From the NCBI GenBank assembly GCA_019057795.1, contig JAHLWS010000010.1, positions 1 through 36,302 of the forward strand: a stretch of 36,302 bases of DNA, given 5' to 3'. This document shows, piece after piece, positions 20,901 to 28,816 of the stretch. The notes beneath the pieces are model-generated. The model worked only from the letters and a program-made list of their open reading frames with translations, was not told where the DNA came from and did not search any database. The stretch is from Promethearchaeota archaeon (GTDB taxonomy: Archaea > Asgardarchaeota > Lokiarchaeia > Sigyniarchaeales > SOKP01). Every line of letters begins with the position of its first letter. Positions within the stretch are counted from its first letter, which is position 1. A program made the position numbers and the translations under genes.

Positions 20901-23900
20901 ATGAACTTCTACCTTCCCTTGAAGCATTATCGATTAGTATGTCGTCTACTATATACTTAATATCTTTAATATCTGTCTTTTTGACATCAATTATCTTGAA
21001 TTTAAAAAGAGAGAATAACTTTGAAAAATTCATACTTTATTTTTTATTATCTTTCCTTTCGTTTATTTTGTTATCACCCTATATATATCTAATATATAAC
21101 ACGACCACCTCATTATTCATTTTCTTGTGTTTGATGGGTATTTTCTATTATCGAAAAGAGGAGAAGCGATATAAATGGTTTATTAAACCTTGTGTCCTTC
21201 TTGCGATTTTTGATCTTATTAGTTTTCTTTCTTTTTCATTCTTTTTTAATGCTAATATATTTACATCCTGTAATCCGATTCTAAGTTTTACGTTAACTTT
21301 AAGCGTTTCTGGATTTGCGTTTGTATTTCTTTACAACGATTCGCCAAGATTGTTTCGAAAGAGATCTTTTTATGCTGTTTTAGCTTCAAATATAATTTCC
21401 TTTCCCGTATTTCTATATTTCTTCTTGATTTCAGTATACTCGCTTCCGTTATTCGATCTAATTATATTAATTATAAGTATTAATGTAGCAGTTGTTCTTT
21501 TTTATCTTTCAATAGCAATTTATCAATGGAAATTGTCATGGGCTATTTGGAAAATTGGTTATAGAATGTGGATAATATTTCCTATTGTAAATTATGCATT
21601 GATAAGCGAAGCATTTACAGGTATAAATGTATTCACAAACGCTTTAAATTTATTTGGTGTAAATTTATATGGTTCAAATCTTTTAGCGTTTATTCTATGC
21701 GTTCTTTTATCCTTACCGTTCTGGTATACATGGATTAAGAAACATTTCACTAATGTTTTATTTATTTCATGGGGCTTATGTTTATTTTTAATCGGTTGGT
21801 TTAGCCAAAATGCTTTTTTTGGAAACCTTGGTTTGAGCTATTTATCATTTATTGGAATCTCAGTTATATTACTTATGCCAATTCTAGTAAGGCTAAGATC
21901 GTGGAATATAGTATCTATCTTATGGATAATATTCTCAACAATCCTATTAATTTTTCTATTTTCTCTATTTGAAGCAGTAGGATTTCTAATTGAGCTAAAT
22001 TACCCTATAATTACAATAGTATGTGGACTACTTTTTATTACCCTCTCGTTTTTCCCTAATTTAAAAGCTCAGAAGAATGTTATATTAATACTGGCCTACT
22101 CTATTGCATTAACGGGAACTTTCTTATTAATATTTCATCTTATGTTTTTGTTAACCTTGCATCCATATATTTCTACAAATATAGCGTTAATTATTATGTC
22201 CTTTAGCTTATTTTCGTCAAGACTTCTAAAATTAAAACACACAATCTTTAATCGTTTAATTTCTACAATTTTAATAGTAAATTTCTCTTCGCTAACATAC
22301 TTTACTTTTAGCTTAATCCCCAATTTTGGATTGTTTCCATTATTTTTAGCTATATCAGTTTTCGGTGGGTCGTACTTCGTATTTAATTACTATAAATTAT
22401 TCTTCCCATCGAAAAAAATTATTCCATTAAGTATTCTTTCTTTTGGAATTTCATCTTCCGTGTCTTCAATTGTATTTTTGTTGTTTCCCGATTCACTTTT
22501 TATGGTTGCTGCAGTATTTATTACCGTAAATTTATTTTTAATTAATTTTTCATTAGGGAATTATCGATATATAATGTGGTATTTAATCCCTATTCCCTTC
22601 ACACTTTTTATATTACAGTTTTTATTTTATATTGAACTTTTTCAACCTCTTTTTCTGTTTACTTTAGCAGGATTAATTTTATACACTCTTATCTTCCAAA
22701 TCTTTATAATTCTCTTCAATAACGAAAAAGAAATTCCAATCGATTCAAAATCCTATAATATTATGAAATTTTTTGAGGATAAAAATCAAATTAAAGTTCT
22801 AAATTTAATATGCTTTTTATTAAATTCAACTTACTTTTCAGTTTTTATCGCATTTATTAGCCCATTTAACATATTCTACCAAATTCTCGAATTTTTGATA
22901 TTGTGGTCTATTTTGACATTACTCAGTGTACGATACGCCGAATCTTCGAAAATAGAAATTGATATCGAAAAATTTACCACATATTTAAAGAAATTCAGTT
23001 CAGTAGTAGCATTTCTATTATATCTTGAAATTTCTTTTTTTGTTTTTGGAATAGCTCTTGATTATTTAGGGTTGGGGTTGATTGAGAATGTTTTATTATC
23101 ACTTAGCTGTTTATTTATCCTGACATTTTTCGATTTCTATTTTATAAAGAATGTTAGTAAAAAGATAATCTATCCAATTCATATTTTTTCGTATATTTTA
23201 ATATCTATCTTTACATTTATTCTATTAAATCAATTCTTAACGATTGGTTTAGAAAGTCTCTTTTTGAACCTTGTAATTCTGTTAATTATGCAATTCTATA
23301 CTGAATACGCCATTTTTACATATTTAAATCAATTAGGTCGATATAACGCAAGTAAATTAAATGAAACCATGATTCAGATTAGAAATGTCCTAATAAATTT
23401 AGTAATATTTACTATAGGCTTTTACACATCTTCCTTAATAACTTCTTTACTAATAAGTTCAAATGAGATTTTTATAGGATTTCCGGCGTTATTTTTCTTT
23501 TTAATGATTCTTTCCGTCATTATGTTTGTCATAAACCATCTAATAAAGTTTAAGTTCAGAAATTCTATTTTATGGGGATTCTTTTTAATGTTTCAAGTTT
23601 GCTTTACGGCTTTCTATAGTTTATCAGTTTTACTTTTTACAAATTTTAATATATTTAATTCAATGTTTTTAGTTTTAATTAATACGCTCTTAGCTTTTTA
23701 TTCTGTTTTCTCAATCAAAAGAATTTTTAAAGAAAAAGTGAATGCTAAAACCATCCAAAATTCTTATTCTATTCTAATGGTATTATCGTATTTAGAAACA
23801 TCTATTTTATTTTACGGATTGTTTAATCTTTGGTTTGGAGTAATTGAAAGTTTCTTAGCATCACAAGTCGTTTTATTTTTTATAAGCATAATAGAGTTGA

Positions 23901-25564
23901 ATGTAGTAAAGAGAATTAGAAGTAAATACATATATATTGTTCATACAATTAGCTATTTCAACATTTCATGGTCAATATTTTCGTTAATATTTGTTTTATC
24001 AGGCTCTAATTTAGCCTTGCAAAGTCTTGCAATCGTGGTTTTTGCGTTAATGCAATTCTATACAAATTATTCTTATTACAATACTATGCGTAAATTTATG
24101 GCGGACAAAGAGGAATCGTTAGTAAAATGGAAAATATATCGAAAAAATCTCATAGGAATGGTAATTTATATAACATTATACAATTATATTCTTCAGACTC
24201 TTATTTTAACCAACATTGAACTTCAATTAATATTGTTTTTATCAAGCATTATAATTCATGCTTTAATGATTTTCGACAGGTTTTTTCTTAAATTTCTTGG
24301 TAAGTATTCAGTCTTTTTAATGACAGTTTCGTGGGTATTTATTTTTGGATTTTCAATTATTTATTTTGTAGGTTGGATTCCTCAGTATTCATTTTCTATT
24401 ATTCCTATTATAATTATTATATTATTGTTAGAGTTAGTTTACGGCTATGTATTAAACCTATTCGATTTTTGGGCTTTAATTAAAGAAAACAAATTAAAAT
24501 TTCGAAATTTTCTTATAATTGTTTCGTATATCAATTTCTGCTCTTGGCCACTGTACCATTTAACATTAGATTTATTAAATATTACTACGATGATTTTAAT
24601 CGTATTTGGAATTTTACTATTTTTAATGCAACTTGATAATGATAACCATTTAAATTCTATTAATCAAAAAACTAGAAAACAGGTTAATCGTTTCAGCCTG
24701 ATTGGTTTTGGTGCATTCGTCTCATTTGATGTGTATTTTGTATTAGATGTAATGGCTCAAACATCATTTTTGTTAAATATTTCAACTTCCCTATTAATTT
24801 TTATGGTATTTGTAGGCTTCTTAGTCAAACCCTTTAAAAAACGGAAACTCCTCTCCTTTGCTTATTGGGCGTTAATGGTAGCTTTAATAAGTATCATTTT
24901 TTACGACTTTTATTCATCTGGTTGGAGCTGGTCACTTTTAATTGTAGGTATTTTATTATACCCATTTATTTTCATGTTAGAGGAGTTAAAAGAATTCTTC
25001 AATAAAATAGTTGATAATTTGAGCGCATTATATCAAATTGTTAAGAACACCATTAAATCTTTAGTTCAAGGAGTAATTAAATTCTTGAGAGTTAATTTTA
25101 AAGTAATTCGTATTATTTTGACTTTATTATTAGGGGTATTTATGGGAATTCTTTTTTCAGATTTAATATTACACATTTTAAACCCATATCATTCATCCTT
25201 ATTAGCTATTGCTATTTCTGGTTTGTCTTATGGAATTATACCCTCACTGAAATCTGAAGACCTCGACGAAATTTTTAAGGAAAAAATGAAGAGATTCATT
25301 ACAATCTGGATAAGTATAACGATTTTTATTTTGCTTATTATAGTACCAGTCACTTTAAAAATATCGCTAATTTTTACATTTTTCCTTATAATATTATCAA
25401 TTTTAGGGCTTGGAGCTATTCTATTATTATTTATATACCGTTTAGAAGAAAGAGAGAGAGTTTCAATAAAATGGAGATTTTACACCTTAATATTTTTCTT
25501 TATATTACTTGGTATTGAAATTTTAATAGGAGCAGCTTTATATCTTGGCGGTTTTGGGTTCTAA
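17939..25564 (+). CDS. Giant (2541 aa) polytopic membrane protein with internal repeats
   Basis: 7.6-kb uninterrupted ORF, F/I/L-dominated throughout with short K/E-rich loops; repeated segments visible. Confidence 0.88.
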   Translation: MKSDKVEDSLPEEFGKYQKLNLILSILILGFIILFSILIEFPILILFSLLILIIISYYEQKANFCPKKYSKYIFLINSSGIFATIVFWFVPLPLNIQFIILIIGLYLILEIFAIRGYFVKENVLIAQHVLAVSSFVMIIYSFFDIFSFIYIDFTTDPILIIFSEFLLHTLTILSLTLISFYYLYVRYFRKHPWDNFNRCMMILILLIELTSYIVINLRNYFSLSIPLFSNGLILSTILFPGIFLIFTFINYLIGVFSSRTTLSYSYYSCWGLMLSIGLSIMFIFASNLTIVISILLFFSISSYYLLKFGQKIEKISESSIVKFTRINSYFIFIELFFLLFSIFFELFSYFALYDDIIISAYASFIGITFLNNIILKKKLISESNRVVINELSLIFTSVLIFYYSFLYFLDSFWILIFPFLFFSISFYLPLKYILNKTTQQTFIKSLIKLNSVVLCASLLLIPTIFNLQLVLLGYAFNAFNVANFTLYIFYGILVFIHNFLRQLKIREKRRELIVKLQIIIGFIVTGTTMFYYPYVLFKDTSYLIIFPLLSALSFLFIPLIFSYKKECFNTKLVKKTIILNSILFWSIIIFIPYIIGLEIVRLGMAADPILIILFSVILFFVSLKFFDQISSYIELKEGMINIIKIIQPITWFFISILISIIFFNLNLIVTITWLRNVIFAGALLLFFVFNSYNLVLLEDLKQSVFEDETSKLDYYKIYKIYEFNKNIIIFGVSISLSLLFMSIVQMFNYNQFFIDMGPQLLGYTLLDIAIFLLILLLALNVSDKLIKIDFERVKVTSELIIWIILKSIILFTLALYPIQMLFFNKIALLILVFAVLSPISHYYLERKFFLLENTQLAIRKSIGVLFFLSIICLSIEIIWNISSIMLVPYFNQEILIILVFGKIFLFSNYYLLRYNFFTERESGFHIYKLFGISLVLLISYLLPLSLAFFLPFMIFLLQRNRNSYFRLFFYLILSIITFIEATGFMVSYELLPSLEALSISMSSTIYLISLISVFLTSIILNLKRENNFEKFILYFLLSFLSFILLSPYIYLIYNTTTSLFIFLCLMGIFYYRKEEKRYKWFIKPCVLLAIFDLISFLSFSFFFNANIFTSCNPILSFTLTLSVSGFAFVFLYNDSPRLFRKRSFYAVLASNIISFPVFLYFFLISVYSLPLFDLIILIISINVAVVLFYLSIAIYQWKLSWAIWKIGYRMWIIFPIVNYALISEAFTGINVFTNALNLFGVNLYGSNLLAFILCVLLSLPFWYTWIKKHFTNVLFISWGLCLFLIGWFSQNAFFGNLGLSYLSFIGISVILLMPILVRLRSWNIVSILWIIFSTILLIFLFSLFEAVGFLIELNYPIITIVCGLLFITLSFFPNLKAQKNVILILAYSIALTGTFLLIFHLMFLLTLHPYISTNIALIIMSFSLFSSRLLKLKHTIFNRLISTILIVNFSSLTYFTFSLIPNFGLFPLFLAISVFGGSYFVFNYYKLFFPSKKIIPLSILSFGISSSVSSIVFLLFPDSLFMVAAVFITVNLFLINFSLGNYRYIMWYLIPIPFTLFILQFLFYIELFQPLFLFTLAGLILYTLIFQIFIILFNNEKEIPIDSKSYNIMKFFEDKNQIKVLNLICFLLNSTYFSVFIAFISPFNIFYQILEFLILWSILTLLSVRYAESSKIEIDIEKFTTYLKKFSSVVAFLLYLEISFFVFGIALDYLGLGLIENVLLSLSCLFILTFFDFYFIKNVSKKIIYPIHIFSYILISIFTFILLNQFLTIGLESLFLNLVILLIMQFYTEYAIFTYLNQLGRYNASKLNETMIQIRNVLINLVIFTIGFYTSSLITSLLISSNEIFIGFPALFFFLMILSVIMFVINHLIKFKFRNSILWGFFLMFQVCFTAFYSLSVLLFTNFNIFNSMFLVLINTLLAFYSVFSIKRIFKEKVNAKTIQNSYSILMVLSYLETSILFYGLFNLWFGVIESFLASQVVLFFISIIELNVVKRIRSKYIYIVHTISYFNISWSIFSLIFVLSGSNLALQSLAIVVFALMQFYTNYSYYNTMRKFMADKEESLVKWKIYRKNLIGMVIYITLYNYILQTLILTNIELQLILFLSSIIIHALMIFDRFFLKFLGKYSVFLMTVSWVFIFGFSIIYFVGWIPQYSFSIIPIIIIILLLELVYGYVLNLFDFWALIKENKLKFRNFLIIVSYINFCSWPLYHLTLDLLNITTMILIVFGILLFLMQLDNDNHLNSINQKTRKQVNRFSLIGFGAFVSFDVYFVLDVMAQTSFLLNISTSLLIFMVFVGFLVKPFKKRKLLSFAYWALMVALISIIFYDFYSSGWSWSLLIVGILLYPFIFMLEELKEFFNKIVDNLSALYQIVKNTIKSLVQGVIKFLRVNFKVIRIILTLLLGVFMGILFSDLILHILNPYHSSLLAIAISGLSYGIIPSLKSEDLDEIFKEKMKRFITIWISITIFILLIIVPVTLKISLIFTFFLIILSILGLGAILLLFIYRLEERERVSIKWRFYTLIFFFILLGIEILIGAALYLGGFGF

Positions 25565-25594
25565 ATACTCCAAACGAAAGGTTAACCGAAAAAT

Positions 25595-25759
25595 TTAGTT
25601 AAGATTCTTCTCTTTCCATTCCTGTAAAAACTTTTTAAAGTTGTTTATCGGAATTCCTATCGAATTTATTTTTTCTCGATTACATTTAACTCTTTCCTTT
25701 GAAGGCTGGTTATTATGGAAACTTAGTTCCCAATCAAAATAAGAACTTGATTTTGACAT
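25595..25759 (-). CDS. 54-aa microprotein A (MSKSSSYFDWELSFHNNQPSKERVKCNREKINSIGIPINNFKKFLQEWKEKNLN)
   Basis: Open ATG..TAA frame; clear paralogy with adjacent 25925..26098. Confidence 0.8.
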   Translation of the reverse strand: MSKSSSYFDWELSFHNNQPSKERVKCNREKINSIGIPINNFKKFLQEWKEKNLN

Positions 25760-25788
25760 GATAAAAGTATTTTATGTTTTTACTTATT

Positions 25789-25817
25789 TGTAAATTGTAT
25801 AAAAAAATGTATTTAAA
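25789..25817 (-). promoter_or_regulatory. Promoter-like element of microprotein A, duplicated at 26140-26168
   Basis: 24/29 nt identical to 26140-26168; begins with TTTAAA TATA-like box on the minus strand. Confidence 0.55.
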
Positions 25818-25924
25818 CCTCTTTAGATTTTCAATGAATTTCGTACTAAAAGAACATAAATATATAAAAAAGCAAAAAATAAGGATGAAAAATAAAAAAG
25901 CGTTAGATAATAAGTTAAATTATA

Positions 25925-26098
25925 TTAGGAAAGGTTTCTATTCTTCCATTTTCTCAAATAATTTTCAAAGTCATCGTCAGCAATCCCAATTGAATTTAAT
26001 CTTTTTTTTTTTGTAAACATAATTTTTGAAGTGTTATCTGTGTTATTACCTTTAAAACCTAACGACCAATCATAATAAGAAACTACTTTTGATGACAT
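25925..26098 (-). CDS. 57-aa microprotein B (MSSKVVSYYDWSLGFKGNNTDNTSKIMFTKKKRLNSIGIADDDFENYLRKWKNRNLS)
   Basis: Open ATG..TAA frame; shares SY[YF]DWxLxF and NSIGI..F..[FY]L..WK..NL with microprotein A. Confidence 0.8.
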   Translation of the reverse strand: MSSKVVSYYDWSLGFKGNNTDNTSKIMFTKKKRLNSIGIADDDFENYLRKWKNRNLS

Positions 26099-26139
26099 AA
26101 TTTAATTTTAACATTAAACAAAAATAAAGCAATACGGAG

Positions 26140-26168
26140 TGTAAATTTACTAAAAAATTGTTTTTAAA
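26140..26168 (-). promoter_or_regulatory. Promoter-like element of microprotein B
   Basis: Near-copy of 25789-25817. Confidence 0.55.
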
Positions 26169-26303
26169 ATTGTATTAGAAAGCGTGTACTATAATCTAAT
26201 AATTAAAAAATTCATGCAAAAAAGTACAAAAATCTCTATTATTAACATTTATAAATTCTAAGATTAATTTAATTAAATATTAGTAAATATTTTAGTGAAA
26301 ATA

Positions 26304-26851
26304 ATGGAAGAAAATAGAGAAAATAAAACCTTAAATGTTAAAGATTGGATTATCCTTAGTACAACTATGATTGCTGCTGTTTTAACAATTCTAGCTTTAG
26401 TATGGCAAGTACGACCTTCAAGTGGTATTGTTTCTGCAACATTCTTGTTAATGCTTTCATTTATTTTTTTTTTTGAAATTCGGTATCAACTAACTCAAAA
26501 GCACACTATGAAACAAGAGCAGGGAAAATGCCCTAAGAACAAATTAATAGGTTTGTGACATTTGCGGAATATTCGTTCGGTTTCGGATTTACTTTAGTTA
26601 TAACAGCATTTTCTATACTTGGTTATAAATACCTATTAGATTTCGTAGGACGAGAATTAATCGTCTTATTCTTGCCAATAGTTTTCCTATTAACAACATG
26701 GGTAATAATTTTCATTTATAATTGGATAAATTATTCAGGAAAAATATTGAAAAGCCTAAGAAGTTTAAAGCGCAATCTTTGGATATTATTAGAGATAGCA
26801 TGTTTAGTATTTATAATATTTGACTATTTCGAAATAATTATAATTCCCTAA
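26304..26851 (+). pseudogene. Disrupted membrane protein gene (track ORFs 26295..26558 and 26555..26851 are probably one gene)
   Basis: Frame changes at the T11 run 26464-26474. The downstream frame reads NSVSTNSKAHYETRAGKMP*EQINRFVTFAEY with in-frame TAA 26534-26536. Confidence 0.6.
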
Positions 26852-26883
26852 TTCTTTTTTTATTTCAGAAACTAATTATTTAA

Positions 26884-27900
26884 TTATTCAACTATACTGT
26901 AATATATTCCCGGTCTACCTACACCCTCACTCTTAATGTGTTCTTTAATAACTCCTTCTCTCACTAAAAAATTTAAGATCTCTTTTAATCTGGTTCCTCC
27001 AATACCAGAAGATTTACTCAGATCTCTGGTTTTTATCATGTTTCTTTCATCAATTACGCCTAAAACTTCTTTAAATGATCTTGGGTAGCCTATTTTAATT
27101 CTTTTTTCTACAGTTTTAATTTCTAACATCATCTTTGCTTGTTTAGCAAATGGACCGCGAAACCCATCAAAATGAAAAACCTCATCTTCTTTAAAAATTA
27201 TGGAATTTAGGTAATCTTCATCAATAAGCATATTTCCCATATTAACAATTTCGTCATTAAACCTAATTAATTGACAAGTTCTTTCTTTTGTTTGAATTAT
27301 CTCAGTTCCGGTTCTTTTTAATGTATTGGTAATTTCTTCAAGATAGTTTGGATATTTTTCAAAATCTAAATCCGAGAAATAAAGCCTTATCTGAACGCCC
27401 CTCATGAATGCTTGATATAATGCGGGTTCCAATCTTTTTAAAAAAGAAATAGGCAAGGAGCTCATAATTATCTCGTGAAGCGTGTCTTCTATGAGTATAT
27501 AATAATTCTCAAAAGCTAAACTAAGATTGGAATAATGATAAAAACTTACATCTCGAATACATCTTCCCATAGCACTTTCTTGAATTTTTAATTCTTCATC
27601 TAATTTATTAATATTTTCTTGAAATGCGTTAAACTTCTTATTGATTAATTCTGTTAAAGCAATTCTAGGGTTTATCTTAATATAAATTCGAGGTTTTGAA
27701 TCTGATGATTCAATTAAACCTTTTTCTTCCAAAATCATTAAATTATGGTGTACTTGTGTATAAGAATAATTTAAGTCCCTTTTTATATCGTTTATAGTTC
27801 CAAATTTATGAGTTAAAAGATAATGGTATATTTTTATTTGAATATCGGTTAAACCAATTTCATTTAAAAACCTAGTAATTGTGCTTGTGATCATAATCAT
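26884..27900 (-). CDS. TrmB-family transcriptional regulator with an additional C-terminal winged HTH
   Basis: IGLTDIQIKIY..L..LEEKGLIES..PRIY..INP N-terminal HTH; RGVQIRL in effector domain; C-terminal KTRDLSKSSGIGGTRLKEILNFLVREGVI..GRP. Confidence 0.82.
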   Translation of the reverse strand: MIMITSTITRFLNEIGLTDIQIKIYHYLLTHKFGTINDIKRDLNYSYTQVHHNLMILEEKGLIESSDSKPRIYIKINPRIALTELINKKFNAFQENINKLDEELKIQESAMGRCIRDVSFYHYSNLSLAFENYYILIEDTLHEIIMSSLPISFLKRLEPALYQAFMRGVQIRLYFSDLDFEKYPNYLEEITNTLKRTGTEIIQTKERTCQLIRFNDEIVNMGNMLIDEDYLNSIIFKEDEVFHFDGFRGPFAKQAKMMLEIKTVEKRIKIGYPRSFKEVLGVIDERNMIKTRDLSKSSGIGGTRLKEILNFLVREGVIKEHIKSEGVGRPGIYYSIVE

Positions 27901-27931
27901 GAAAACAAAAAATAAGGTTATTTCTTTGTAT

Positions 27932-27999
27932 AATTAATTTGTGACATATGCTTAAATATTTTTTGTACAGTAAATAGGTTAATATTGTCACAATTAATT
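27932..27999. promoter_or_regulatory. Inverted repeat in the divergent trmB promoter region
   Basis: AATTAATTTGTGACA (27932-27946) ... TGTCACAATTAATT (27986-27999). Confidence 0.5.
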
Positions 28000-28040
28000 T
28001 AATACTATAATAACCTGAAAAAAATTTAAGTGATAATAAA

Positions 28041-28172
28041 ATGGCTCAATGTAAAGATTGTAAATTTTATAAACCTATTGATGAAACTAAAGGAGACTGC
28101 TTCGGACACGAAGTTCCAGCAACTTTAGATACGGAAAAGTGTCCTACAAATAGTTTTCAACCAAGAGAGTAA
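28041..28172 (+). CDS. 43-aa Cys4 protein resembling BssC/TutF (benzylsuccinate synthase gamma-like small Fe-S) proteins
   Basis: MAQCKDCKFYKPIDETKGDCFGHEVPATLDTEKCPTNSFQPRE: CxxCxFY..GxC..C..F.PR spacing; 15 nt from the next gene. Confidence 0.72.
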   Translation: MAQCKDCKFYKPIDETKGDCFGHEVPATLDTEKCPTNSFQPRE

Positions 28173-28187
28173 AAGGAGTGAGTAAAG

Positions 28188-28808
28188 ATGCCATCTAAAA
28201 TAGATTTCAAGAGAACTATGAAAGGGTTTTATCAACCGAGCTCTAAAGAAGTGGTGCAGGTTGATGTCCCTGAGATGCAGTTCTTGATGATAGATGGAAT
28301 GGGTTCACCAGGTGATTCTAAAGAATATAATGATGCGCTTGCCGTACTTTATCCCGTAGCATTTAAAACAAAATTTTTAAGTAAAGCAAAAGGCAAGGAT
28401 TATGTTGTTCCTCCTCTAGAAGGCTTATGGTGGGCAGATAACATGAATGACTTTACTGAAGGGAATCGGGATAAATGGAAATGGACGATGATGATAATGC
28501 AACCTGATTGGACAACTCAAGACATAATAAATGAAGTGATAAAAATAACAAAAGACAAAAAACCTGAACTATCAGAACTGCTTCCTAAACTCCGATTAGA
28601 GCAATATAAAGAAGGCAAAGCGGCTCAAATAATGCACATCGGTCCTTATTCAGAGGAAGGTCCTACGATTGCGAAAATTCATAATTTCATTAAGGATAAA
28701 GGAAATACATTCGACGGACACGAGAAAAAACATCATGAAATCTATCTAAGCGACCCGAGAAAAGCAAATCCTACCACAATGAAAACTGTTATAAGACAAC
28801 CTTTCTAA
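28188..28808 (+). CDS. GyrI-like small-molecule-binding domain protein
   Basis: FLMIDG.G.P, YVVPPLEGLWW, WTMMIMQP, HIGPYSEE, HHEIYLSDPR, KTVIRQP; SD GGAGTG. Confidence 0.88.
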   Translation: MPSKIDFKRTMKGFYQPSSKEVVQVDVPEMQFLMIDGMGSPGDSKEYNDALAVLYPVAFKTKFLSKAKGKDYVVPPLEGLWWADNMNDFTEGNRDKWKWTMMIMQPDWTTQDIINEVIKITKDKKPELSELLPKLRLEQYKEGKAAQIMHIGPYSEEGPTIAKIHNFIKDKGNTFDGHEKKHHEIYLSDPRKANPTTMKTVIRQPF

Positions 28809-28816
28809 ATATTTTT

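Noticed and set aside
17939-25564. Calling the giant protein a Piezo homolog (similar length, about 4-TM repeats)
   Set aside because: No recognisable Piezo pore/cap domain or large soluble regions; only an architectural analogy until structure search is run
25774-26016. 80-aa plus-strand ORF in the track
   Set aside because: Low-complexity K/N/F sequence; overlaps the better-supported minus-strand microprotein B and the promoter of A
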